DNA of 51,855 nt from an uncultured Lysobacterales bacterium. Its GTDB lineage: Bacteria; Pseudomonadota; Gammaproteobacteria; Xanthomonadales; SZUA-36. The stretch is taken from positions 1-51,855 of the forward strand of contig CAMYKC010000020.1 in the NCBI GenBank assembly GCA_947258865.1. The letters run 5' to 3'. The stretch's first letter is position 1; each line of letters begins with the position of its first letter. Made by a program: the position numbers and the translations under genes. This document shows, one piece after another, positions 26,498 through 34,711 of this stretch. The notes under the pieces are model-generated. The model searched no databases. It had not been told where the DNA came from and worked only from the letters and a program-made list of their open reading frames with translations.

Positions 26498-26605
26498 ACC
26501 AACCTTGGTAAAACTGCAACGTTTAGCAAGGTTGCAGGGCGCGAAAGACGGGTACATCACTCCAAAAGCCTGCCTCTCCTCTTCACAGGGGAGAGGTTTT
26601 TTTTT
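26498..26605 (+). ncRNA. Candidate small RNA or structured panC 3' UTR (about 105 nt)
   Basis: A sigma-70-like TTGCTT (26466-71), 16-nt spacer and TATTAT (26488-93) lie just after the panC stop. Two mutually exclusive hairpins follow: CAACCTTG/CAAGGTTG (26500-07/26527-34) and CTGCAAC/GTTGCAG (26514-20/26531-37). A strong intrinsic terminator closes the unit. No family recognised. Confidence 0.25.
26573..26605 (+). terminator. Rho-independent terminator
   Basis: 10-bp stem CCTCTCCTCT / AGGGGAGAGG (one G-U pair) with a 4-nt loop TCAC, followed by T9. Confidence 0.85.
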
Positions 26606-26893
26606 GCCCCTAATCCAGGCTTGCTCGGCATGGCGGAATTGCAACAATAGAGCCCGCTAATCGCATTGTTGAGCGATTTCGGGAGAATACGCCGATGGAT
26701 GGTGTGGGCAATTTCCGTCCGCGCGATCCCCTTTGAGATTATCAAGCTGCCCCGGAGCCGAACGGGCCGGTGCAAAGCGAACGGGCACCAAGGCAAAAAA
26801 AATCGCGCCTGAGCCCTTTAATTGTTGTGCGTGTTGTAAAAAAGCAACACAGGAGCCGCAGGCGGGAGCACGCAAGCGAGACTGCGCGAACGC

Positions 26894-28321
26894 CTAGCCC
26901 TTCTTGATCGCCCCCAGAATGCCGCGCATGATTTCGCGGCCAAGCGTCGTACTCATGCTGCGCAGAAAGCTCTTAACGGCGGCTTCAGTTGGCGACTGGC
27001 GGCGGCTTGAGGTCTTCTTCGGGCTGCTGCCCTGCTTTTGCGATTCCTTTGAAGACGCTGCCTTTCCGGCCGCTTTGGCTGCTTTTTCGGCACGGGCCCC
27101 GAGCACTTCCTCGGCGGATTCCCGGTCCAGCGTTTCGTCATAGCGCTTGCCGATCGGGCTGCGCGATCTGACGTCTTTGCGCTCGGCGGCCGTGATGGGT
27201 CCGATACGCGAAGTAGGAGGTCGGATGAGGGTATGATCGACGATGCCCGGAATACCTTTCGCTTCCAGCGTAGATACAAGCGCTTCGCCAACGCCCATCT
27301 GGGTAAATGCTGTTTCCGTGTCGAGGTTCGGATTGGTGCGAAACGTTTGCGCCGCCACCCGAATGGCTTTTTGTTCACGCGGCGTGTAAGCCCGCATCGC
27401 GTGCTGGATGCGGTTTCCGAGTTGTCCAAGTACGGTTTCGGGGACATCCAGCGGATTCTGGGTCACGAAAAACACACCAACCCCCTTGGAACGAATCAGC
27501 CTGACTACCTGCTCAACTTTCTGCAGCAGGGCTTTTGGTGCATGGTCGAAAAGCAAGTGGGCTTCGTCAAAAAAGAAAACGAGCCCAGGCTTATCCGGAT
27601 CGCCTACTTCGGGCAGTTCCTCGAAAAGTTCCGAAAGCAGCCACAGCAGAAACGTAGCGTACAGCCTGGGATTATGAACCAGCTTGTCGGCCGCCAGCAC
27701 GTTAATCACCCCGCGGCCGCTGAAATCGATTCGGCGGATGTCACTCAGTTCCAGGGCAGGCTCGCCAAAAAAGTTCTCCGCGCCCTGTTCGTCCAACACC
27801 AGCAGACGGCGCTGAATGGCGGCGACCGAGGCGGCGCTGACGTTGCCGTACTGCCGCGAAAACAGTTTCGAGTTTTCCCCAACGAAGCGAAGCAAGGCCC
27901 TCAGATCTTCCAGGTCGAGTAGCAACAGGTGGGTATCATTGAGTTCCAGCAGATTTGAGAGTAACAGCGGACCCATCTCGGATATCGTCGTCCGGATGGG
28001 GTGCCCGCTCTTGCCGAACAGGTCCCAGAACACGACCGGCCAGCCAGTTGCCTCAAAATCCTCGATGCCGATTTTCTCCAGTCGTTCATCAATTTTCGGA
28101 TGGGGCGAAATGGGCTGGCTCAACCCGGCGAGGTCGCCTTTGACATCGGCGAGGAAGACCGGAACACCGATCCTGGCGAAGCCCTCCGCAAGGACTTGCA
28201 GGGTTACAGTTTTGCCGGTGCCTGTGGCTCCCGTAATCAGGCCATGCCGGTTTCCATAAACCGGCAACAGGTATTGCAGTTTCTCGCCTTTACCAATGAG
28301 GATCGGATCAATTTCACTCAT
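26894..28321 (-). CDS. yjgR: DUF853 / HerA-like P-loop NTPase (YjgR family)
   Basis: NRHGLITGATGTGKTVTLQVLAEGF, VFFFDEAHLLF, RLIRSKGVGVFFVTQNP and LGNRIQHA are colinear with E. coli YjgR. It has a basic Lys/Ser/Ala-rich C-terminal tail. Confidence 0.8.
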   Translation of the reverse strand: MSEIDPILIGKGEKLQYLLPVYGNRHGLITGATGTGKTVTLQVLAEGFARIGVPVFLADVKGDLAGLSQPISPHPKIDERLEKIGIEDFEATGWPVVFWDLFGKSGHPIRTTISEMGPLLLSNLLELNDTHLLLLDLEDLRALLRFVGENSKLFSRQYGNVSAASVAAIQRRLLVLDEQGAENFFGEPALELSDIRRIDFSGRGVINVLAADKLVHNPRLYATFLLWLLSELFEELPEVGDPDKPGLVFFFDEAHLLFDHAPKALLQKVEQVVRLIRSKGVGVFFVTQNPLDVPETVLGQLGNRIQHAMRAYTPREQKAIRVAAQTFRTNPNLDTETAFTQMGVGEALVSTLEAKGIPGIVDHTLIRPPTSRIGPITAAERKDVRSRSPIGKRYDETLDRESAEEVLGARAEKAAKAAGKAASSKESQKQGSSPKKTSSRRQSPTEAAVKSFLRSMSTTLGREIMRGILGAIKKG

Positions 28322-28399
28322 GTGCGGGTCTTTCCTATATACGGGGTGTCGGTTAAGCTTCCGTTCATCATTATCGAATCAGAAACGGAATAACAGTAT

Positions 28400-31009
28400 A
28401 TGGCAAAGACGCCGTACAATCCTGCTGAAATCGAGCCCAGAGCTCAGGAAAAATGGGAGCGAGAAGGTGCGTTTCGCGTCGAAGAGCAGGACGGCTCGGA
28501 AAAATTCTATTGCCTGTCCATGTTGCCTTATCCCTCCGGCGCCCTGCACATGGGGCACGTGCGCAACTATACGATTGGCGACGTGATCAGCCGCTATCAC
28601 CGGATGTGCGGCCGCAACGTCCTGCAACCAATGGGCTGGGATGCTTTCGGTTTGCCGGCTGAAAACGCGGCCATCAAGAATAAGACGGCTCCTGCCAAAT
28701 GGACCCGTGCCAATATCGAGCATATGCGGGGGCAATTGAAACGGCTGGGTTTTGCATACGACTGGTCGCGGGAGTTTGCCACCTGCGATCCGGATTATTA
28801 TCGTTGGGAGCAACTGATGTTCACCCGGCTGATGCGAAAAGGTCTGGCCTATCGCAAAGATGCGGAAGTGAACTGGGACCCCGTCGACCAGACGGTGCTC
28901 GCCAATGAACAGGTGGTGGACGGCCGCGGATGGCGCTCCGGTGCGGTTGTGGAGCGCAAGTCGATTCCGCAGTGGTTTCTCAAGATTACCGATTATGCAG
29001 AGGAGCTTTTACAGGGCCTGGATGAACTGGAGGGTTGGCCGGACGCGGTAAAAACCATGCAACGCAATTGGATTGGCCGGTCCGAGGGCGCTGAATTCGA
29101 AATGAAAGTGTGTGACGCGGAAGGCCGAATCGACGAGCGGGGTCAAAGCGTGCGCGTGTTTACGACCCGCCCGGATACTTCTTTTGGCATGACCTATGCG
29201 GTACTTGCCCCGGAACACCCACTGGTTTCTGAAGTCACGGTTTCCGGGCAGAGAGCAGTCGTGGAAGACTTTGTCGCGAAGGCCATGGCGGCGACCGAAG
29301 AGGATCGATTGACGGTTGAGGGAAGCCTGGAAAAACGGGGTGTGTTCACCGGTGCGTACCTGCTCAATCCGTTTAACGGCAAACCGGTTCCCCTGTACCT
29401 CGCGGATTATGTCCTGATGGGTTATGGCACCGGCGCCATCATGGCGGTTCCGGGCCAGGACCAGCGTGACTGGGATTTCGCCAAGTGTTATGAGCTGCCT
29501 ATCATTCGAACCGTCGCGCCTCCGGATGACTGGGAGGGCGAGGCTTACATCGAGGATGGCCCCGCCATCAACAGCGAATGGCTGGACGGCCTTGAAGTCG
29601 AAGAAGCCAAGGAAAAAGCAACTGCCTGGCTGGTAGAACACGGGTTGGGCGAGCGCAAGGTCAACTACCGCCTGCGTGACTGGGGTGTCAGCCGCCAGCG
29701 CTATTGGGGCTGCCCGATTCCGGTCATCTATTGCGAAAATTGTGGCGCCCTTCCGGTACCGGAAGATCAATTACCGGTGGTGTTGCCGGAGGACGTGCAG
29801 TTCATGGGCGTGCAGTCGCCGATCAAGGCGGACGTCGAATGGCGCAAGACCCGGTGCCCCGAATGCGGCGGACCCGCCGAGCGGGAAACGGACACCTTTG
29901 ATACCTTCATGGAATCGTCCTGGTACGCAGCCCGGTATTGCTGCCCGGGCGCCAACAGCATGGTGGACGACCGGGTCAATTACTGGATGCCGATCGATCA
30001 GTACATTGGCGGCATCGAACACGCCATCCTGCACCTGATGTATTTCCGTTTTTATCACAAGCTGATGCGGGATGAGGGGATGGTGAATTCCGATGAACCA
30101 GCCACTCGCCTGATGTGCCAGGGCATGGTGGTTGCCGAGACTTACTACCAGGAAGGACAGGACGGTGAAGTTCACTGGATCAACCCCGTGGATATCGAGG
30201 TCGAGCGAGATGGCAAAGGCAGGGCAGTCGGGGCGCGAATGCTGTCGACTGGCCAGACGGTCGAAATCGGCGGCGTGGAGAAAATGTCGAAGTCCAAGAA
30301 CAACGGTGTCGATCCGCAAAGCATGGTCGACCGCTATGGCGTGGACACGGTGCGCCTGTTCTCTGTCTCGGACTCTCCAGCCAACCAGTCACTCGAATGG
30401 TCGGAATCGGGTGTCGAAGGCGCCTTTCGATTCCTGCGCAGGGTGTGGTCACAGGTCATGTCGCACCTGGAGGCCGGGGCGATCGAGCCGCTCGATGCTG
30501 ATGCATTGAACAGCGAGGAGAGGGAAATCAGGCGTCTGCTGCACGAAACCATCGCCAAGGTGAGTGACGACGTGGCCCGGCGCTATACGTTCAATACAGC
30601 GATTGCGGCCATCATGGAACTGACCAATCATCTGAGCCGTTTCAACGGCGGTGGTCAGCAGTCCGGGGCCGTGACCCGGGAAGCCTGGATGGCCATCGTG
30701 CGGCTCATGGCCCCGATCGCACCGCATATCGGTGAGGAATTGTGGGCGATGCTGGGCGGCGATGGGCCCCTTTACAAAGCGCCCTGGCCGGAAGTCGATG
30801 AAAGCGCCCGGAAGCGTTCCCAGGTCACGCTCGTCATACAGATCAACGGTAAATTGCGGGCCCGGTTGGAACTTGAGCCTGGCGCGAACCGTGAACAGGC
30901 ATTGGACCAAGCCCTCGCCATTGAAAATGTGCAGCGGCATATGGACGGCAAGCAGATACGCAAGGTGATCCACATCCCGGACCGCCTGCTTAACATCGTC
31001 GTCGGATGA
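28400..31009 (+). CDS. leuS: Leucine--tRNA ligase
   Basis: 869 aa with the HIGH-type motif (PYPSGALHMGH) and the KMSKS motif (VEKMSKSKNN). It also has a CP1 editing domain and a Zn-binding CPECGG. Confidence 0.95.
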   Translation: MAKTPYNPAEIEPRAQEKWEREGAFRVEEQDGSEKFYCLSMLPYPSGALHMGHVRNYTIGDVISRYHRMCGRNVLQPMGWDAFGLPAENAAIKNKTAPAKWTRANIEHMRGQLKRLGFAYDWSREFATCDPDYYRWEQLMFTRLMRKGLAYRKDAEVNWDPVDQTVLANEQVVDGRGWRSGAVVERKSIPQWFLKITDYAEELLQGLDELEGWPDAVKTMQRNWIGRSEGAEFEMKVCDAEGRIDERGQSVRVFTTRPDTSFGMTYAVLAPEHPLVSEVTVSGQRAVVEDFVAKAMAATEEDRLTVEGSLEKRGVFTGAYLLNPFNGKPVPLYLADYVLMGYGTGAIMAVPGQDQRDWDFAKCYELPIIRTVAPPDDWEGEAYIEDGPAINSEWLDGLEVEEAKEKATAWLVEHGLGERKVNYRLRDWGVSRQRYWGCPIPVIYCENCGALPVPEDQLPVVLPEDVQFMGVQSPIKADVEWRKTRCPECGGPAERETDTFDTFMESSWYAARYCCPGANSMVDDRVNYWMPIDQYIGGIEHAILHLMYFRFYHKLMRDEGMVNSDEPATRLMCQGMVVAETYYQEGQDGEVHWINPVDIEVERDGKGRAVGARMLSTGQTVEIGGVEKMSKSKNNGVDPQSMVDRYGVDTVRLFSVSDSPANQSLEWSESGVEGAFRFLRRVWSQVMSHLEAGAIEPLDADALNSEEREIRRLLHETIAKVSDDVARRYTFNTAIAAIMELTNHLSRFNGGGQQSGAVTREAWMAIVRLMAPIAPHIGEELWAMLGGDGPLYKAPWPEVDESARKRSQVTLVIQINGKLRARLELEPGANREQALDQALAIENVQRHMDGKQIRKVIHIPDRLLNIVVG

Positions 31010-31515
31010 GGGCCATGCCGACTCGGACCTTGCTGGGCGTACTGAGCGTCGTGGTGCTTTTGAGCGGCTGCGGATTCCAGTTACGTGGTGATGCCAGCCT
31101 GCCGCCGCAAATGTCGAGCACGCAAATGGTGGTCGATGATGAAAACAGCGCACTGGCGCGCCGCGTCAGGGCGATGCTCGAGCAGAATGGCGTCAAGTTA
31201 GTGGGTGGAGATGCAGCTACCGCGATCCTGGAAATCCCGACGAACCGGGTGGTTACCGAGGTTCTGACCATCGGAGACAATGCGCGCGTCAGGGAATACC
31301 GCATCACGCATACAGTGAGCTTTCGGCTGACGGATGCCGAGGGTCAGGAAATCCTGGCATTGCAGACCCTCCGCCAGGCGCGTGAAATCAGCTTTGACGA
31401 ACAGAAAATCCTGGCCGCGTCACGGGAACAGGAATACCTCAAACAAGACCTGGCGGAGACGCTGGCGCGCCTGCTGGTAACACGCCTCGAGTCGGCTCCG
31501 GCAGGCAGGGGATGA
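31006..31515 (+). CDS. lptE: LPS-assembly lipoprotein LptE
   Basis: The ATG overlaps the leuS stop (ATGA). Lipobox LLSGC followed by GFQLRG. Conserved leuS-lptE-holA order. Confidence 0.8.
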   Translation: MRAMPTRTLLGVLSVVVLLSGCGFQLRGDASLPPQMSSTQMVVDDENSALARRVRAMLEQNGVKLVGGDAATAILEIPTNRVVTEVLTIGDNARVREYRITHTVSFRLTDAEGQEILALQTLRQAREISFDEQKILAASREQEYLKQDLAETLARLLVTRLESAPAGRG

Positions 31516-31521
31516 CAGGCC

Positions 31522-32428
31522 GTGGCTGTTAAAGCCGAACAATTGCCTTCTCTCCTCGCCCGTTCCCTGGCGCCGGTCTACCTGCTGGCTGGGTCAGAAC
31601 CACTGCTGGTGCAGGAATGCAGGGACCAGGTAATCCAGGCAGCCCAGGAGCAGGGGTTCATGGAACGAACTGTTCACGAGGTGGGTAAAGGCTTCGACTG
31701 GAACCTGCTGGAGGAAGCGTCTGTTGCCCCGTCCTTGTTTTCATCACGGAGAATTCTCGATATCCGCCTGCCGACCGGAAAACCCGGTACCGAAGGATCC
31801 AAGGCGTTGATCGACATGGCACAAGCCGGGGATTCCGATGTTTTATTGCTGGTTTCATCCGGGGACTGGGGTGCCGCCATGCGTAAGCTCAAGTGGACAA
31901 GCATGCTGGCGAAAATCGGGATCCTGGTGGAGATCTGGCCTGTCAAGCCGCAGCAGTTACCGGGCTGGATAAGGAACCGCATGAAACTTGCCGGACTGGA
32001 ACCGGAACCGGAGGCCGTTTCACTGCTGGCGGAACTGGTCCGCATTTCGACTAGTCGAATGCGCTCTGCAAGGTCAGCTCGGCGAATGCCTTCGTGTGGC
32101 ATCCGGTTTGCAACGGACCGGAGTAGCCATTCAATTGGTTTACGGAGCAATGTACCGTGAATTGACCATTGCTGATTCGGTGAAATCGGCGTTTTGCGCC
32201 GGTCAAAGCGAATCATCGGTGTTCAGTAAGTTTCGCATCTGGCAGGCACGCCAGGAACCGATTCGACAGGCCACCAGGCGATTATCGGTAACGGATTTTG
32301 GTGACGCTTTCAGGGCGCTCTCGTTAATCGACCGGCAGAGTAAGGGCCGGGCGCAGGGAGATGCCTGGCAAACGCTGGACCGATTGCTCTGGTTTATTTG
32401 CGATCCCGGCTCAGTAAATCCGCTGTGA
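31522..32428 (+). pseudogene. holA: DNA polymerase III delta subunit, interrupted by a frame change and an apparent internal deletion
   Basis: Frame 1 (31522 to about 32040) encodes delta residues about 1-172 (LAPVYLLAGSEPLLVQE...QLPGWIRNRMKLAGLEPEPEAVSLLAELV), then runs into nonsense and stops at 32160. Frame 2 (about 32038 to 32428) encodes FRLVECALQGQLGECLRVASGLQRTG... This is colinear with E. coli FHWVDALLMGKSKRALHILQQLRLEG through to the C-terminus. The intervening EGNLLAL...AAHFTP block of about 40 aa is absent. Confidence 0.75.
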
Positions 32429-32469
32429 GTCCGGGTAGACAAGCCCTGGCGGGGCGCGGTGCTGAGCAC

Positions 32470-33096
32470 ATGATTGGCATATTCGGCGGCACATTTGATC
32501 CAGTGCATTTCGGGCATCTGCGAGCCGCACAGGAAGCGCGGGATATGCTTGGCCTGTCGGATTTTCGCCTGCTGCCGGCAGGGTCCCCGCCTCATCGTTC
32601 GAACACCTTTGCACCGGCGGAACACAGGCTCGCGATGCTGCGGCTGGCCGTCTCCGGCCATCCCGGATTCAGCGTGGATGACCGTGAAGTCCGCCGCGCC
32701 GGTTTTTCCTGGATGGTCGATACTCTCGAAGAAATCCGGCATGAAGAGGGTGAAACGCCTTTGCTGCTCCTGATCGGCCAGGATGCGGCAAACGCACTGG
32801 ATACCTGGCACGAATGGCAACGGCTGTTCGATTTGGCTCACCTGGTCATCATGCGCCGTCCGGACTCTCTTGTTTCCTACACGGGTGAACTTCTCACGCA
32901 AATGCAGCGGCGCCAGGCCGAAAACTTTGCTCAGCTGAAGCAGGCAATGGCCGGATTCACGCTGCCCCTGGAAGTGACGCAGCTCGATATCTCATCGACG
33001 GCGATCAGGCGTCAATTGGCTGAAGGCCGGTCACCCGGATTCCTGATGCCCGACAGCGTGATCGAGTATATCCGCCAGCACCGTCTTTACGTGTAA
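32470..33096 (+). CDS. nadD: Nicotinate-nucleotide adenylyltransferase
   Basis: MIGIFGGTFDPVHFGHL (the GxFxPxHxGH motif) and ISST.IR near the C-terminus. An alternative GTG start at 32425 overlaps the holA stop. Confidence 0.85.
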   Translation: MIGIFGGTFDPVHFGHLRAAQEARDMLGLSDFRLLPAGSPPHRSNTFAPAEHRLAMLRLAVSGHPGFSVDDREVRRAGFSWMVDTLEEIRHEEGETPLLLLIGQDAANALDTWHEWQRLFDLAHLVIMRRPDSLVSYTGELLTQMQRRQAENFAQLKQAMAGFTLPLEVTQLDISSTAIRRQLAEGRSPGFLMPDSVIEYIRQHRLYV

Positions 33097-33200
33097 TGGT
33101 GAGACGAATGCATGAAATGCCCAGTTGCGGGCGAACCGAACTTTTGCGGGTAGAGCCGGGAAAGGATAAAATCTGCACATTGCAGCCAAGGTGAGCTCAT

Positions 33201-33584
33201 TTGACCAATCGTAATTCTGAGGACGTATTATCATTCGACCGACTCAAGGACCTCGTTATCGCCGCCCTTGAGGACTTCAAAGCCATCGATATCCAGCAAA
33301 TTGACGTTTCCGGAAAGAACCCGCTGACGGACCTGTTCGTCATCGCGTCCGGAAACTCCACGCGGCACATAAAATCCATGGCTGAAAACCTGATTATCAA
33401 AGCCAAGGCTGCAGGCAGTCCACCGCTTGGCGTTGAAGGTCAAAGGGATGCCGAATGGGTGCTTGTCGACCTCAACGACGTTATCGTTCACCTGATGCTT
33501 CCAAAAACCCGGGCGTTTTATAACCTGGAAAAATTGTGGGAAGTCAGCCACGAACAGCGCAGCAGCGCCAGTCAGCCCGCTTAA
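33201..33584 (+). CDS. rsfS: Ribosomal silencing factor RsfS
   Basis: TTG start. The LEDFKAIDIQQIDVSGKNPLTDLFVIASGNSTRH...EWVLVDLNDVIVHLM...R.FYNLEKLW pattern is typical of RsfS/YbeB. Confidence 0.85.
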   Translation: MTNRNSEDVLSFDRLKDLVIAALEDFKAIDIQQIDVSGKNPLTDLFVIASGNSTRHIKSMAENLIIKAKAAGSPPLGVEGQRDAEWVLVDLNDVIVHLMLPKTRAFYNLEKLWEVSHEQRSSASQPA

Positions 33585-33589
33585 TTCCG

Positions 33590-34075
33590 ATGCGTTTGAC
33601 CGTAGCCGCGGTGGGCCAGCGCATGCCTGGCTGGGTCCAGGACGCATGGACCGAATATGCGCGCCGGTTCCCCCGCGGCATGTCTCTGAACCTGAAGGAG
33701 ATTGCGCTGGCCAAGCGATCCCAAAATGCTGCAATTGATTCCCTGCGCGCCGCGGAAGGGGATGCCCTGCTGTCCGCGGTACCCTCGGGTCATCGCATTG
33801 TTGCCCTGGATGAGCGCGGTGAGCAATGGTCGACCATGGAACTGGCCGGGCAAATGGAGGACTGGATGCGTGAAGAACATGGAGTTTGCTTTCTGGTGGG
33901 CGGCCCCGATGGGCTTTCGCTCTCGTGCCGCGAACGGGCACGGAATCTGTGGGCGCTGGGCAGGCTGACGCTGCCGCATCCCCTGGTCAGGGTCCTTCTT
34001 GCCGAGCAGTTGTACCGAGCCTGGACCATTACCCAAAACCACCCATATCATCGCGGCAAGGATCAAACAGGATGA
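33590..34075 (+). CDS. rlmH: 23S rRNA (pseudouridine1915-N3)-methyltransferase
   Basis: [15 protein letters not shown]...[15 protein letters not shown]...[10 protein letters not shown]......[25 protein letters not shown].I...HPYHR is the SPOUT RlmH signature. Confidence 0.85.
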   Translation: [161 protein letters not shown]

Positions 34076-34096
34076 GCAATCATTCCGGTGCGAACC

Positions 34097-34684
34097 ATGC
34101 CGCGTAACAGTTCACGCAAGCTGATTCTTGCTTCCGCCTCTCCGAGGCGCAGCGAATTGCTGAAGCAAATTGACGTTGATTTCCGCGTGGTCGCGGCGGA
34201 TATCGATGAACAGGTGAGAGAAGGAGAAGAACCGGCCGCCTATGTCCTGCGCGTCGCCCGCGAAAAGGCAGTTGCGGTTTTACATGAAGAAGGGGGTGAT
34301 CTGCCCGTACTGGCGGCGGATACAGCCGTGGTCCTCGATGGCCAGATTATGGGTAAACCGCGGCACAGGGGTTCAGCGGCAGCCATGCTCAAACAGCTGT
34401 CCGGGCGAACCCACGAAGTCTATTCGGCTGTCACTCTGGCGATAAGTGAGCAGGAGGTATATGACCAATTGAACGTGACCAGAGTCTCGTTCGCCATTCT
34501 CGAACCGGAATGGATCGAAGCTTACCTCGAAAGCGGTGATTCCATGGACAAGGCCGGCGCCTATGGCGTTCAGGGTAGAGCAGCTGAAAAAATTTCGCGG
34601 ATCGAGGGGAGTTTTTCAGGGGTGATGGGATTGCCGCTGTACGAAACTTCCCAATTACTGCAACGCGCCGAAGTGCTATTCTAG
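34097..34684 (+). CDS. maf: Maf-like nucleoside triphosphate pyrophosphatase (YhdE type)
   Basis: LILASASPRRSELL...DTAVVLDGQIMGKP....A..ML..LSGR.HEVYSAV...DKAGAYGVQG matches Maf. A GTG at 34088 is an alternative start. Confidence 0.85.
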   Translation: MPRNSSRKLILASASPRRSELLKQIDVDFRVVAADIDEQVREGEEPAAYVLRVAREKAVAVLHEEGGDLPVLAADTAVVLDGQIMGKPRHRGSAAAMLKQLSGRTHEVYSAVTLAISEQEVYDQLNVTRVSFAILEPEWIEAYLESGDSMDKAGAYGVQGRAAEKISRIEGSFSGVMGLPLYETSQLLQRAEVLF

Positions 34685-34711
34685 GATTAGTTTGGAAATG
34701 GCAATTCGCGC

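Noticed and set aside
26700-26940. 6S RNA (ssrS), suggested by CCTGAGCC followed by an AU-rich stretch and a small hairpin
   Set aside because: I could not find the long-range 5'/3' closing-stem complementarity. The element would have to run into the yjgR coding region. SRP-RNA and other housekeeping RNA motifs are also absent.
27880-27960. Possible in-frame loss of about 15 aa in YjgR (LNDT-HLLLLD) relative to my recollection of E. coli YjgR
   Set aside because: This rests only on remembered homologue sequence. The frame is intact and the nucleotide sequence is unremarkable. It needs a real alignment before being claimed.
29009-30319. 253-aa and 182-aa minus-strand ORFs
   Set aside because: They are antisense to leuS. 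Shadow ORFs.
32041-32063. Near-palindrome CGCATTTCGACTAGTCGAATGCG containing a SpeI site, exactly at the holA frame-switch, considered as an engineering or linker scar
   Set aside because: In the downstream frame it encodes FRLVEC, which aligns with the conserved FHWVDA of delta. It is native coding sequence, and the palindrome is probably coincidental.
31988-32428. 146-aa ORF as an independent gene
   Set aside because: Its product is colinear with the C-terminal third of DNA polymerase III delta. It is treated as part of the disrupted holA.
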